A DNA stretch of 64,000 nucleotides from the human T2T-CHM13v2.0 reference genome, Homo sapiens, in assembly GCF_009914755.1 (NCBI RefSeq), contig NC_060926.1. The stretch is one strand, 5' to 3'. Numbering within the stretch: position 1 is the stretch's first letter; every line of letters starts with the position of its first letter. Below are positions 1 to 14,647 of the stretch, piece after piece. The notes under the pieces are model-generated. The model searched no databases and was not told the origin of the DNA. It was given only the letters and a program-made list of their open reading frames with translations. A program made the position numbers and the translations under genes.

Positions 1-52
1 TGCGCCCGGCCTCGAGTGTGTTTTTATTAGCAATGTGAGAAAAGACTAATAC

Positions 53-200
53 ACAGGGTCTCGCTCTGTCTCCGACTGGAATGCAGTGATGCGATCAAGG
101 CTCACTGCAGCCTTGGTCTCCTGGGTTCAAGAGGTCCTCCCACCTCAGCCTCCTGAGTAGCTGGGACTACAGGTGCACCAACACGCCTGGTTAATTTTTT
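53..200 (-). mobile_element. Alu fragment (AluJ-like)
   Basis: Alu consensus segments. Confidence 0.85.
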
Positions 201-240
201 TATTTAAAAGATATATTTTTTTTTACTTTCTTTTTGAGAC

Positions 241-1275
<1,035 letters not shown>

Positions 1276-2232
1276 CCTCTTCTTCAGGGAGGACTTTGCA
1301 TTGAACCTTCCTGAATTTTGAATCTAGTTAGTATGCACAGGTTAAATAATCAACGTCTTCATGTAGTGTAGTGTAGTGGAAATAGAAACCCCTTGAACAG
1401 AATTTTATTCCCCTTCACAATTCAAGAATTTGCATCCCCCAAGAGACCCCTATCTCTACTTTTACTGCATGTTTAATTTACTTCCTAAAAGAGAAAGTGA
1501 TACTATTTAAATAATTTAAGTTCCAAGGATATTAGCCAACATCAAAAGACCTGATATGTTCTGTGGAGTGCTGAGAGACAGGCAATGGGCTGAGGACCCA
1601 ATCACTGCAACAAAGAATAAAGAAACATGATGATGGTAGGAGCTGCAAGACCAGAAAAGGGGGACAGGGAAGAAAATTGAGTCACATCTCAGCCTTGACT
1701 CTTCCAGTGCGCCTGGCATGGTGCTGTGCTGGATAAAGAGTTGCAGAGATGAGATGCTCACAGCCAAATGAGGGAGACACAGGCAAAGACATGACAGGAA
1801 CCAATGCTCCCTGCAGGACTCAGGGAAAGCCTCACACAGAAGGAGGCTCTCGAAGTTGTCCTCTGGGCACCTGAGGGAGCCAAGGGCATCCTCAGCTGAG
1901 GAAACTGCACTTGCAAGAGTGTGCAGGTCCAAAAAGGTTCCAGGGCTTGGGGCATCACATGGGCTGGTTTGGCTGGCACAGAGTGAGTTTGGAGGAGCAG
2001 GGAAAGGAGGGTTATGAGCAAGAGGAGTGTGAAGCTGGGGGCTTGAATAGCATTCAAGCTGGGGAGAAGCTGACTCTCAACCTGAGAGAAGCCCCTCGCT
2101 CACTGGCTAACTCAGGTGCTTCTCAGTCTGGGTCCCCATCAACACACCTGCTGTAGGAAATAACATGCATGCAATGAGCAATTAAGATTGTGATCCACAT
2201 GGCTCAATTAATACTCAAGTTTTCCCTTTCTA

Positions 2233-2515
2233 ATTTTTTTTTTAGAGAGTCTTGCTCTATTGCCCAGGCTGGAGTGCAATCACTCAATCTTGGTTCACTA
2301 CAACCTCTGCCTCCTGGATTCAAGTGATTCTCCTGCCTCAGCCTCCCAAGCAGCTGAGATTATAGGCACTCACCACCATGCCCAGCTAATTTTTGTATTT
2401 TTTGCAGAGACAGGCTTTCACCATGTTGGCCAGGCTGGTCTCAAACTCCTGACCCCAAGTAATCTGCCTTGGCCTTCCAAAGTGCTGGGACTACAGGTGT
2501 GAGCCACTGTGCCTG
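2233..2515 (-). mobile_element. Alu (AluS-like)
   Basis: Alu consensus with poly-T. Confidence 0.9.
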
Positions 2516-2725
2516 TCTCAAGTTTTTGTTTTACTTTTTACACTGTGCTTCTTTATATGTTCATAAAAGGAAACCCTGTCTTTAGCAGTAGCCTTTTCTT
2601 CATGTCTTTTTTTCTGAGCTCTGCAAACAATTTCTCCCCATTCTATCTTCATGACTCTCATTATTCACCCGTCACCTTTCCTTAGGTACCTGCACCCCAC
2701 TGGCCCTGTTCTGCACCACACCTGG

Positions 2726-3062
2726 TGTCTCAGGCCCTTCCTGCTGCTGCAACAAAATACCCATGACTGGGTAATTTTATAAATAATAGACATTTATTTC
2801 TCACAGTTCTGGAGGCTGGGAAGTCCAAGATCAAGACACTAACATCCAGTGTCTGATGAGGGTGTTTTTGCTGTGTCCTTACATGGTGGAAGGCAGAAAG
2901 TAAAAAAGGGATGAATGGTGTGTGAACCTCTTTTATAAGACATTAATCCCATTCACTAGGGCAGAGTCCTCTGGCTTAATCATCTCCTAAATGTCCCATC
3001 TATCATATTGGTGATTGTGTTTCAACATATAAATTTTCGAGGACACATTCAGGCCATAGCAC
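2726..3062 (-). mobile_element. MaLR LTR (MLT1-like)
   Basis: tttatttctcacagttctggaggctgggaagtccaagatcaag motif. Confidence 0.8.
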
Positions 3063-3344
3063 CTGCCCAGGACTACAGCTCTCCTTGAGGGAGGGAAGGT
3101 GGAGGAACTAAGCAGACAAAACCAGAATTCTCTTTTGTCGGCTAGGTTTACTCAAACAATGTCCATTCTATCACGCTTGCTGGGAGCACGGCAGCTCTGT
3201 GCTGCCTCGGCATGCGTTTAAGAGCCCTTTTGTTCTTTTAATTACCTAGACATTGCAGATTATTAACCATATGAGTAGCTAGCTCAGTGCTAGGCCTTGG
3301 AGTAACAAAGGGGCAGAGGGTGACTAAGATGCTGCAGATTTCTT

Positions 3345-3635
3345 TATTTAGAGACAAAGTCTTTCTCTATCACCCAGACTTCAGTCCAGTGGTGCAATCT
3401 TAGCATACTGCAGCCTCAGACACCTGGGCTCTAGTGATTCTCCTGCCTCAGCCTCCTGAGTAGCTGGGACTACAGACACATGCCACCATGTCTGGTTAAT
3501 TTTTAAATTTTTATTTTGTAGAGACAGGAGTTTCACTTTGTTGCCCAGGCTATCCTCAAACTCCTGCTCTCAAGCGATCCTCCCACCTCAGCCTTCCAAA
3601 GTGCTGAGATTACAGGCATGAGCCACTGTGCCCAG
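3345..3635 (-). mobile_element. Alu (AluJ-like)
   Basis: Alu consensus. Confidence 0.9.
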
Positions 3636-3907
3636 CAATGCCGCCCATTTATTTTTTTTTATGTTTTTGTTTCTTTTTCAATGCTGCAGATTTAAACACA
3701 AGCAGCATTGTTTTCTTTTTTAACCCATGTGATTGTGTTTAATCCTCTTAATAACCTTGTGATGGCAAAGTGCAGCTTCTGTTCTCAAAGAGCTTAAAAT
3801 GTAGTTGAGGGAGCTAGGCCTATACATAATGATCAAAATACAGGCACAAAGAGAAGGAATAATAATTTTTAAAAGGTATCTAAAATGCATTAGGAATCAG
3901 GGATGGT

Positions 3908-4283
3908 TCTATGATTTGTATGGATATGTCCTTCCAAAATTCATATGTTAAACCTTAATCTTCAATGTGATAGTATTAAAAGGTGGGGACCTTTAGCAGG
4001 TGATTAAATCATAACAATGGGGCACTCATGAATAGGATTTGTGACCTTACCAAAGAGGTTCAAGGGAGCTGTTTGCCTTTTTTTGTCCTTCCCACCATGT
4101 GAAGGGGATAACATTTAAGGTATCATCTTGGAAGCAGAGGTGAGGCCCTCCCCAGGCACTGAACCTGCTGGTGCCTTGATCTTAGACTTCTCAGCCTCTG
4201 TAACTACGAGCAATACATTTATGCTATTTATAAATTACCCAGTCTAAGGTATTTTCTATTGCAGCAGGAATGAACTAAGACAG
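3908..4283 (+). mobile_element. MaLR LTR (MLT1A-like)
   Basis: ccttgatcttagacttctcagcctc...tttataaattacccagtc...gaactaagaca. Confidence 0.8.
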
Positions 4284-4437
4284 ATGGAGAGAGGCTTTCT
4301 GTTTAGTGGGGCACCTGGCTTTGGGGAGGAGCTGGTATTGAACCTGAACCTAGATAGATAACTCGGATCCTGACACAGGAACGGGGCATTTCAAGTTACA
4401 GAGCAGCAAGAGTAAAGGAACAAGCCAGGAATCTGCT

Positions 4438-4794
4438 TATATTAGTCTGTTCTCATGCCAAAGAGTGGGTAATTTATAAAGGAGAGAGGTTTAATTGACT
4501 CACAGTTCAGCATGGCTGGGGAGGCCTCAGGAAACTTACAATCACGGCAGAAGGGGAAGCAAACATGTCCCTCTTCACATGGCAGCCGGAGAGAGAAGAA
4601 TGAGAGCCTGGCAAAGGGGGAAGCCCCTTATAAAACCATTAGATCTCATGAGAACTATCTATCATGAGAACAAGATGGGGGAAACCACCCCCATGATTCA
4701 ATTATCTCCACCTGGTGCCTCCCACCACACATGGGGATTATAGGAACTACAATTCAAAATGAGATTTGGGTGGGGACACAGCCAAACCATATCA
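4438..4794 (-). mobile_element. MaLR LTR (THE1/MST-like)
   Basis: tattagtctgttctcatg...gagatttgggtggggacacagccaaaccatatca. Confidence 0.88.
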
Positions 4795-6149
4795 ATGCTG
4801 TAGGGATGAGCAATGAGACACAGAGGGGAAGAATGAGTTTGGGTACAGATTCTCAAGGGCTGGAACATGAAGCTAAGGGGATGAATTTAGCAAATATCTT
4901 TGTGTTCGGCTCCTTCTGTGAGAAGGACAAATTTATTCACTGAATGGGAATTCACAAACTGATAGCATGTTTCTTAGCCTGTGCTTGGTTCCTGAGAGAG
5001 ATATAGGGTCCCTGCCCTCTGGAGGTTTATACTACAGGCATGGAAGGATTCAGTTCTATAATTGATTAGAGAGGAGTATGGTTTCAACAGTGAGTTCACT
5101 CCAAAGTTTGGGAATGGAGGAATGTTCTCAGGGGATTGGAAGTGCAGAAGGAGGGATTTAGGGGTTACAAAAGAAACTGAGGCTAGAAGGGTGGGAAGAG
5201 AGAAGGTAGGGAATTCCTAATGGAACTATAGAGTAGGGTGAAAGGGCAGGAGAAGCCGTGAGAAAGCAAGCTGGGTCCTGCTTCAAAAGCTCTTGAAGAG
5301 CCAGTGCAAAAGACAGCATTTCCAGATTCTGATCAGCCCCCGAGCATTCTGTTCTGGAAGGTTCACTTCAGTGCATAACCGGCACAGCCTAACACCTCCA
5401 GCAAGGCTGCGAGGTAGACATCACCATCTCCATTTTACAGATGGAACAACGATGCACAGAGAAGTGAGGTGAATTTCCCAGGGCTCCTGCCTAGTAAAGG
5501 GCTATTTGGTTTCAGAGCTTCTCCGAGACCCCTCAGAGGCACTGCCCTCATTCAGGTAAAGACCCCGAACATAGAAGGTACAGAAGGAGGATGTACATAC
5601 GAGGAATGATTCCTTGGGAGGCTTTTGAGCACAGGTACTATCTGTGATTAACACTTAAAGATTATATACTCCACCAGTGGGAGGGAAGAGACAGACTCAT
5701 TTCCCCATTCACGGCTAATGGACGTATGGCAGTGCAGATGCCTCTGCATTTTGATTGGTTTTCTCATATAGGGGAATAACTTTTCAAAGATCCCAGAGGT
5801 TCAAATATGGATATAAAAGCAATTTTATATCCAATAATATGCTCTAGTTACCTCTGTGGAGTTTAGCCACTGCAAAAGAGGCCCTTTGAGTCCTTCCTAC
5901 TCCGGTGCTCCCCTGCCAAGCCCTCTCCTAGCAGGTGAGCGTCTGAGGCCTCCTGGAGCCCACTTTTCACCCTTTAATGAGGCTGGAGGCGCCAAAGTGC
6001 GCCCCTGGGGGCCAGAGGGCCAGAGGCTGGGTCATAAAGGGCTCTAGTTAAAAGAGGCAAAAGGTGCCAGAGAAACACTAGGGCCTTGTTTTTGTTTGTT
6101 GGTTGTGCATTTTAATTACTGGGAAGGAATAATTGAGCTTCCACTTCTG

Positions 6150-6720
6150 AGGCGGGGGCTGGTCTAACAAACTCGAGGACCCTTAGCAATTGGGCAGCGC
6201 GAGGTCTCTGCTCCCACCTGCAGAGGACACAGGTACCCGAAGCAGACGCTAGTTCCCCAACTTTTTGAAGCCCCTGCTCATCCTATTTGAGAACAGAGGC
6301 TATATATTCTGTGAGGAGTTGCCTGTAAGTTTCCCCAGCCACCAGGCGTTCAGTCACTGGCTGCAGATCCCGCAACCCTCGGGTGTTCAAGTGCGCGGGG
6401 TGGTGCGGGCGCTCCCGCAGTCCGCGCTTGGCTCGTGGGAGGCCTCGGGCGCCCCCTCCAGGATTCCGTGCTAACTGCAAACGATCGCGCTCGCAGGGAG
6501 GCCCCCAGTGCTTGGAAAACTCCAGGAATCCCTTCAGAGCACTTTATTTCCAGGCCAGCACGCGGCGCTCTGCAGACCTAGTACTGGGCTGTGGATAAGG
6601 AAGAGCAGAGCGGATGGGTTACGCCGAGGATGCCCAGGCTGAGCCTCGGAGTCTGGTGCTCCTGGACTCTGCTGAGGGCTGGGAGGGAAGGACAGGTGCC
6701 TTCCTCTGAGCCCGGCTTTG
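6150..6720. promoter_or_regulatory. Orphan CpG-rich patch with CTCF-like motif
   Basis: Local CpG cluster; CCTGGAGGGGGCGC on the minus strand at 6449-6462. Confidence 0.5.
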
Positions 6721-7639
6721 AACAGATCTGGTACCAAGGCGAGAGGAACAGCTTGATGACTCTAATTTCATAAAGGGACAGTGAGAAACTCGGGTGCTTT
6801 GGTGAAAAGGGCTCATCTGTGTAGTTACTTAGCAAAATCACATGGTTCGTAAACGCCAGATAAGTGTCCTTATCTGCAAAATCGGGGTACAAAAGCTTGT
6901 GTCACAGGCCAGATGTGATGATTAGATGATAATTAAACTCCCCGCAGTGACTGATGGAGTCAATGCTGTTTCCTTCCCCTCAAGTTAAGGATTTCTGGTA
7001 ATTTTTTTCCCCCCTCAAAAAGGTCGGAAGCTTAGCTGAGGAGAGTTTGCAGTACATGAACTTCTTCCTTCCACTATGGCAGGTAGGAGTGTGTCAAGAT
7101 GTCACAGACTGCGGTCCTATAAAGGGTCCATCCTGGAGACAAAGACTCAAGCTCACTTAAAGAAGCTGTTGCCTTTAGTCCAATCTAGAGATCACAGAAT
7201 TATTATAAACATGTTTCAATTACCTACACAGCAAAAAATAAAGTTCAAAGAATATGAAAGAACTGAAAATGCAAAGTGAAGTTAGCTTTCCTCCTTGCCT
7301 AGACAACTACTGTGGTTCCTTTCAGAGATTACCTTACGATTTAAAGTGATATATATGAAAGAAAGAATGTTTGAAAAGGATAAATGTCAATTTCTTTCTC
7401 CTAAGTATTCCTAATTTTTACATTGGAAAAAATTATAAATCTAATTACAATTCACTTTTTTCTGTACATTTATCAGTCAAGTCTAAAAACTGAAAACTGA
7501 TAAACAGCATTTACAATATTATTCAGTAATTTTTGCACTGTGAGTTCTTAGTTATAGCAGAACTAAATAGTGTATTTGGAACCTTATGGAAGCAGTGTAT
7601 CAATGAGTCTGCACCATGTATAGGTTTAGAGTATGAATG

Positions 7640-8460
7640 TATACTACCTGCATGGCCTGGGGAAACCCAAGCGTAGAAATGGCCATTAAAATTAATATCC
7701 CTTAGGTGCTTGGCAGAAGCAGATATAAACTTGACAAAGAGACAAGCTTCAATCCGGGTCTTCCAAGTGTCTTAAGAGGAGAGAATAATACAAATTAACA
7801 CACACACTATGAACAAGAAAGAGCAAACACAACCAACAGAATTAGAAGATAGGATTACAACTCTTCAGATTTCAATAACTGAACAACCTATTCCATAGCA
7901 TAAAGTTAGTTTAAAAAAATGAAGACTAAGAAGAAATACGTGATAGAACAAATCTGAAAAACCTATTAGAACTATTAATTGTGAAAAATATAGTCATGGA
8001 CACTTTTAAAAAGGCAACAAATGGGTTAAACCTCAGGTTGGTTACAACTGAAGAGAGAGAAACTGGATGACAGATATGAGAAATTTACCCAGAATTCAAC
8101 ACAAAGGGATTTAGGATAAGAAATAGGAAAGAGAGGTTAAGAGGCAGGGAGAATAAAAATGTTTAACATATCTAATGGATTTCCATAAAGAGAGACTTGA
8201 GAAAATAAAGAAGGTGCAATATTCAAATATAATGGGGGAGAACATTCAGAACAGATGAAAATGAATTTTCAGAGCTGTTAAACAGTGAAGACACATTCTA
8301 GAGAAGGTATAAAATCAAGGAAAAAGGATGATCTTAATAACCAGGAAGAATAACACTCTACAAAGGAATGACAGATGTCAACAGCCGCAGAAGACAGAGG
8401 ACTGTGGATACTATCTCCGAAGTAGGACAGAAAATAATTATGACTCTTGCTTTAAAACCA
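7640..8460 (+). mobile_element. Old L1 (L1M-type) 5'/ORF1 fragment
   Basis: A-rich degenerate ORF1-like text. Confidence 0.55.
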
Positions 8461-8505
8461 TAACAACTAAAATTAAAATGAGTATTTAAATTTTTTTTCA
8501 GATTA

Positions 8506-8627
8506 CTAAATTAACAGTACTGTCACTGTCTTCTGGGTAAAACGTTGCTCAGCTTGTATTTGAAGAGGCCAAGATATGGCTGTGGAAGAAATTTGTTCTC
8601 TTAAGTGGTGTAAGCCAGTACTTTTTT
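8506..8627 (-). pseudogene. ZPAXP: Probable last coding exon (EKSTGLHHLREQISSTAISWPLQIQAEQRFTQKTVTVLLI*)
   Basis: ttcctctgtttatctgcag acceptor in phase 1; QISSTAI resembles an external hydrophobic patch; TAG at 8508-8506. Confidence 0.65.
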
Positions 8628-8931
8628 CTGCAGATAAACAGAGGAAGAAATATTCCTATCATTCCAGGGAAATTCTTCTCAAACTACCCTAGTCTTTGGC
8701 TAAAGTTCTGGTGCCTGTTTAACAAAAAGAGTCTACCTTTGGAAACACTGCTTCAGTTTTATGGACCTTAGCTTCAGGATTTGCTATTTTAAAATTTTCT
8801 ATAAAAACAGTTTAATATTCATTTTCAGATCCCTAAATTTCTTGCTCCTTCTAAAGTCAGATCCTTCCTTGAAACTAGCTTTTAAACCAAAAGAAAGTAG
8901 GAGATCTGATGTCCTGTCTTGAGCAATAACA

Positions 8932-9218
8932 TTTTTTTTTAGAGTCAGGGTCTCCCTCTGAGCTCAAGCTGAAGTGCAGTGGTACAATCATAGCTCATGC
9001 AGTCATGAGCTCCTGGGCTCAAAGATCCTCCTGCCTCAGCCTCCCAAGTAGTTAGGATTACAGGTACATGCCACTACGTGTGGCTAATTTTTTAACTTTT
9101 TGTGGAGATGCATTTTCACTCTTGCTCAGGCTGGTCTCAAACTTCAAGTCTCAAGCAATTCTCCCACCTCAGCCTCCCAAAGCACTATGATTACAGGTGT
9201 ACGCCACTGCACCTGGCC
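8932..9218 (-). mobile_element. Alu (AluJ-like)
   Basis: Alu consensus. Confidence 0.88.
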
Positions 9219-9357
9219 AACTTATTTTATACTTATCATCTGTTGTAATTTCTCAGGAAAGAGAGTTATCTGTATTAGATCTTTTGGTCAGATAGGCCAA
9301 CTACTTTTGACTGTCGTACTAAATCTGGTTATAGAGAAATATCATGAAGCAACACAC

Positions 9358-9453
9358 CAAGTTTCTGCTTGCCAGAAATGTACTTGTTTTGCATAGCAGG
9401 TCTGACATGGGTTTCTTTGCATCACATATTGCCATACTGCAGTGGACGTACAG
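9358..9453 (-). pseudogene. ZPAXP: ZP-C terminal exon (LYVHCSMAICDAKKPMSDLLCKT / ISGKQKL)
   Basis: attcctgcag acceptor in phase 0; 'YxHCSxxICD' motif; frameshift before KQKL. Confidence 0.9.
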
Positions 9454-9800
9454 CTGCAGGAATTAAGAGGCATTTGTTAGTGAAGTTGGCCAGGGTTATA
9501 AGCACTATCCTGGTAGGCCAACATTTCCAATTAAATTTGCATGGTCTAACCATATTCAACTAGAGGCTGCCATTTTAACCTGCTCTATAGTATGGGCTCA
9601 TTAACTTAGATCTATTCCTAGGTAATATTAGCTAAATAGATCAAGGTCAAGAGTCTGAATTCTTCAATCTCTTGTGATTTCATTTGATTTATAGGTCTGG
9701 TGATTCTAAAGTTTTAGAATATGGTAACAGTTTTATATAATGGTTATATAGCTTAATATGCAAATGTTTGTATTGTACTTCTAAAATATAGGGAGTTATA

Positions 9801-10078
9801 GGCCAGGCACAATGTCTCATGCCTGTAGTCCCAGCACTTTGGGATCCTGAGGTGGGTGAATCACGTGAGGCGAGGAGTTTGAGACCAGCCTGGCCAACAT
9901 GGTGAAACCTGTCTCTACTGAAAATATAAAAATTAGCTGGACATGGTGATGTACACTTGTAGTTCCAGCTACTCAGGAGGCTGAGGCATGAGAATTGCTT
10001 GAACCTGGGAGACGGAGGATGCAGTGAGCTGAGATGGTGCCACTGCACTCCAGCGTGGGCGATAGAGTGAGACCCTGT

Positions 10079-10111
<33 letters not shown>

Positions 10112-10138
10112 TACAAATATATATATATATATATATAT
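9801..10138 (+). mobile_element. Alu (AluS-like) with (CA)n/(TA)n tail
   Basis: Alu consensus followed by microsatellites. Confidence 0.9.
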
Positions 10139-10476
10139 GGAGTTGTAAATAACAGACTTTATGTGCTATATGTATGATAGACCTATCATGAAAAATGTGA
10201 AGTAAAAAGATTATAAGTTAAAATAGAATGACTGTTATCTATCTCATCGCTGGAATGAATGACAATGGCTTTTTAGACTAGGCCATTTTATGAAAGAGTG
10301 TTACAGCCATTTTCAATTAAGATTTGCTAATTCATTCTAGTTTTTCTCTTGTCTAAATATCCACAACTAGACAAATCTGACTTTTTAAAATTAAATTGCT
10401 TTCACTTGGTCTTTAACCTGTCCATTGGCATATTTGAGCAAGTGTCAACACAGTCATAGATGAAGAACCTACTCAC

Positions 10477-10620
10477 ATCTTCCAATAATGCATTTTCTTT
10501 CTCCATGAAGGTAAACATTTTAAGTTCAAATCTCTTCACATGGGAAGGAAACTCACATCCATGAAGAAATTATATCCACGGGGTAGAAGACAGTTTCATG
10601 GAATCTCATCATTTGCAAAA
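10477..10620 (-). pseudogene. ZPAXP: ZP-C exon (FANDE / HETVFYPV / EFPSHVKRFELKMFTFMEKENALLED)
   Basis: tttttttttaaag acceptor, GAT|GTGAGT donor; 'PSHxKRFxxKMFTF' ZP-C signature; two frameshifts. Confidence 0.9.
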
Positions 10621-10761
10621 CTTTAAAAAAAAACACCAGAAAAGAACTAAGTCTCACTGTCACAGGAGACTCTAAATAGAGCTTTTATTCAAAGAATATA
10701 TTTAGAGGTAGGATGGTTGAGTAGAGGCTGCAGGGTGCAATGAGATTGGAATTTTAAAACT

Positions 10762-11091
10762 GGCCAGGCGTGGTGGCTCACGCCTGTAATCCCATCACTT
10801 TGGGAGGCCGAGGCGGGTGGGTCACGAGGTCAGGAGATCGAGACCGTCCTGGCTAACATGGCGAGACCCTGTCTCTACTAAAAATACAAAAAATTAGCCG
10901 GGCATGTTGGCAGGCGCCTGTACTCCCAGCTACTCGGGAGGCTGAGGCAGGAGAATGGCGTGAACCCAGGAGGCGAAGCTTGGTGAGCCGAGATGACGCC
11001 ACCGCACTCCATCCAGCCTGGGTGACAAGAGTGAGGGTCTATCTCAAAAAAAAAAAACAAAAACAAAAACAAACAAACAAACAAACAAAAA
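10762..11091 (+). mobile_element. AluY-like
   Basis: gagatcgagacc...gagaatggcgtgaaccc diagnostic positions. Confidence 0.9.
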
Positions 11092-11762
11092 CTATTGCTT
11101 TCTCGTGTACTGGGTCTGGACAAGCCAGGCAGTGCTTTAGTGCCTCTGTGCCCTTGCCTATGAGATGTTACTGACAACACCTTCACTATGACAGTGGACA
11201 AGAATATATAATGGAGGACTATTGTAAACTCACATTGTAGATTATTATTGGAGTGCTGACAAAGCCTACGAGTTAGTGGTAGGGTAAAAGAGAAGAATAC
11301 TAGAAAAGAGTTCCTGGAGTACAAAGTAAAACTACAGATTCTCTGAGGAGCAGGACAGCAGTGTGGTAAGAACAAGGAACCAGGGGGCAGTACAGGATCT
11401 GATCTCATCTTCCCACCTCATTCTATTCCAGACCCATTGGCCCCCTTGCTGTTTCTAGAACATACTGATCATGCTTGGAATAATGTTCCATATACCAGCA
11501 TGCCTTCCTGCCTTCAGATGTCTGCTCAAATGTGACTTCATTGCAGAGGCTTGCCCCTGTGATCCTGCATAAAATATCTCTCACTCACTCACATTGACTT
11601 TCATCTCTTTAACTGTTTTATTTTATTTTACTACCACATGACATTTGCTTCCCATTAAAACAGAAGCCTCATGAGAGCAGGAACTTTGTTTATTACTGTA
11701 TTGTATTGCCAGAATCTATAGTATATGGATGGAAATGAGTGAATACATTGGAATAGGGATAG

Positions 11763-11865
11763 AATACCTGGGTTCCAGGCCTTCCTCACTGTGTTAACAT
11801 GGACAAGACAGGACAAGAGTCTTGTCCATGTTAACACAGTGAGGAAGGCCTGGAACCCAGGTATT
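11763..11865. repeat. Perfect inverted repeat, 47-bp arms, 9-nt spacer
   Basis: 11763-11809 is the exact reverse complement of 11819-11865. Confidence 0.97.
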
Positions 11866-12139
11866 TCACTTGTCTGACTTGGAAGAGATAATATATGTTT
11901 TTTGCTTAGTAGTTGTAAAGATTAAGAAGGAAGAAACATTTACGAACACCTACTACTAAGCAATTTTCATTAAGCTCCATATCAATCTGATAAATATTAG
12001 TACTCCCATTTTACAGATTAACTGCATCTAAGAGAGTTTGTTAAAATCTAGTGCCATTAAAGTGTGCAAAATAAAGATTAAAGATGTAACATGCAAATGC
12101 AAGCTATTTTTTAAATCAAACTAGTTACCCTTTATCTTT

Positions 12140-12824
<685 letters not shown>

Positions 12825-14351
12825 TAGAAGTTTTGGGATCTACTTATTTTTTTTTTCCCTTAGCAAAAGGGAAGTTAGGACAATTTACTATGATTATTGA
12901 CAGCATCTTGAATTTCTACTTCATATATTTGATAAGTATATTGATTTGTAGGCCTTTTGTAATAACTTAAAGGTCTTCTAATGTTTGTATCACAAGGCTT
13001 GGCAAATGTTTAAGAAATTACATGGGAAGAAAAAGAAACTACATGGAGAATGCGTCTCATAGTGAAGCCTTTTAGGTCAATTAAGGTACACTAAAAAAAA
13101 AAAATGAAGCAAAAAGGGTGAAAAAAAGGTGTAGATTTTTATGAATTCAGTGCTAGAGGGCATCTGTTAACATTTGTAGCAAGACTAGATTTTAATCTGA
13201 AGAGCACAGCCTTAATGTTTCTTCTTGCTTGGAGTTTTCCAAAAATATACCTCACTATCCAGATATTAGGTCATTTGCATGCTATAGGAACAGAATAATA
13301 TAAACCTCTTAATTCTTCTGTGAAAGTTGACTTTTATGTACTGTCTTTATGCAGAATTAAAAAATTTGCATTTCAATGATTGATGAGAAAAGATAGATAA
13401 AAAGACTGTTGACATAGAAAAGCGAAAGCTACTGAGAGAAAAGTTTAATCCCAGGTAGATAAAATGTTCATTTCTGAGCCTCCTATCAGCCAAGGCAGGA
13501 AAGGAGACAGTGTCATGGGATTCATTTCCTGAAGACAAAGTACAGAAGAAAATGTTCCTGGGATTAAGCATCAAAAAGAACTGATACAATAAGGGCCAGT
13601 CCATTTTATTCCTCCATCTTCAGCAGTAGTTTCCTTGAAGATTCAGAGATGTGATGGTTTCACATTGATTCTCATTATGAGCCAAGGACACAACGTAATT
13701 TACTCTCAGAGTAAATTAGCCATAGGCAATGAGTTAAGGTGGCCACATTTCTGAATTTGAGGCAGAAAAGTTAACACTTAGAATATTTTTACTAATTTCC
13801 TAGGAATTTGAGATAGCATAGATGATTTGTGATAATGCCTCACTCTTCACTAAATAGTTACAGAGAGTGTAACTATTCCAACCATGGGACTCACCAGTCA
13901 CTGCAACCTTTTAAAAAGCTTCATGTTCTTCAGAGCATAATATGTCTGTGCTTATCTTCCCCAGTAAATATAGGCTTAGAGCAGAAACTCTCTTGTTCAC
14001 TGCTGTCTTCCTGATATGTAGACTGGTACTTGGTATGCTGCGCTCAATGATTTTGAGTGAATACATTCTTACCTCTAAGATACCTTCCATTGAAAATAAA
14101 TCTATTCAGACTGGACTCAAAAAAATCTCAACTTATATTATTCACCACCCTCTATGAGAAAGAAATGAAACATTTCAGATTCAGTTTCTATAAGCTTTGA
14201 GGGAAGAAAAAGGCTAAATACAAAGAGAATATGTAGAAGTAGTTTAAGAAAATAAATTAGGACTTATACCCTAAGCATTCTAATGAGTTGAGGGCTCAAT
14301 TTCCTCGCTTGTAAACATCACACAAACACACCTGTTATCAGTTTGAAGTGC

Positions 14352-14538
14352 CTGTTAATAATGTTTCACTGTGGGATGCTCTTGGGATCTAGGCCTAGGG
14401 TAGATCAGCAATCCTCTAGAGATAACTCTAGTTGTGGATCTTCAGAATACAGAAGCTCAATTTTGAAGAAAACTGCTTCTTTTAAATATTTTATGACAGG
14501 GTATTTTACATTCTTGTAGAATTCTGAATACAATGAGT
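14352..14538 (-). pseudogene. ZPAXP: ZP-C exon (DSLYSEFYKNVKYPVIKYLKEAVFFKIELLYSEDPQLELSLEDC*STLGLDPKSIPQ*NIIN)
   Basis: Canonical ZP-C start; TGA at the conserved CW (14407-14405) and PQW (14368-14366) Trp positions; both splice sites degenerate. Confidence 0.93.
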
Positions 14539-14647
14539 CAAATAATGTTCTTATTTGGAATTCTTTTCTTCACAGATTTAATAGAAAGTTTTAGCTTTAA
14601 AAATAGTAACTGTGATATAATAAAAATTAAGTTAGAAATATATTTAG

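Noticed and set aside
13355-13454. Plus-strand exon-like 100 bp (tttatgcag ... CCAG|GTAGAT) reading EKIDKKTVDIEKRKLLREKFNP
   Set aside because: Contains stops, has no partner exons or recognisable homology; chance splice-like signals are common.
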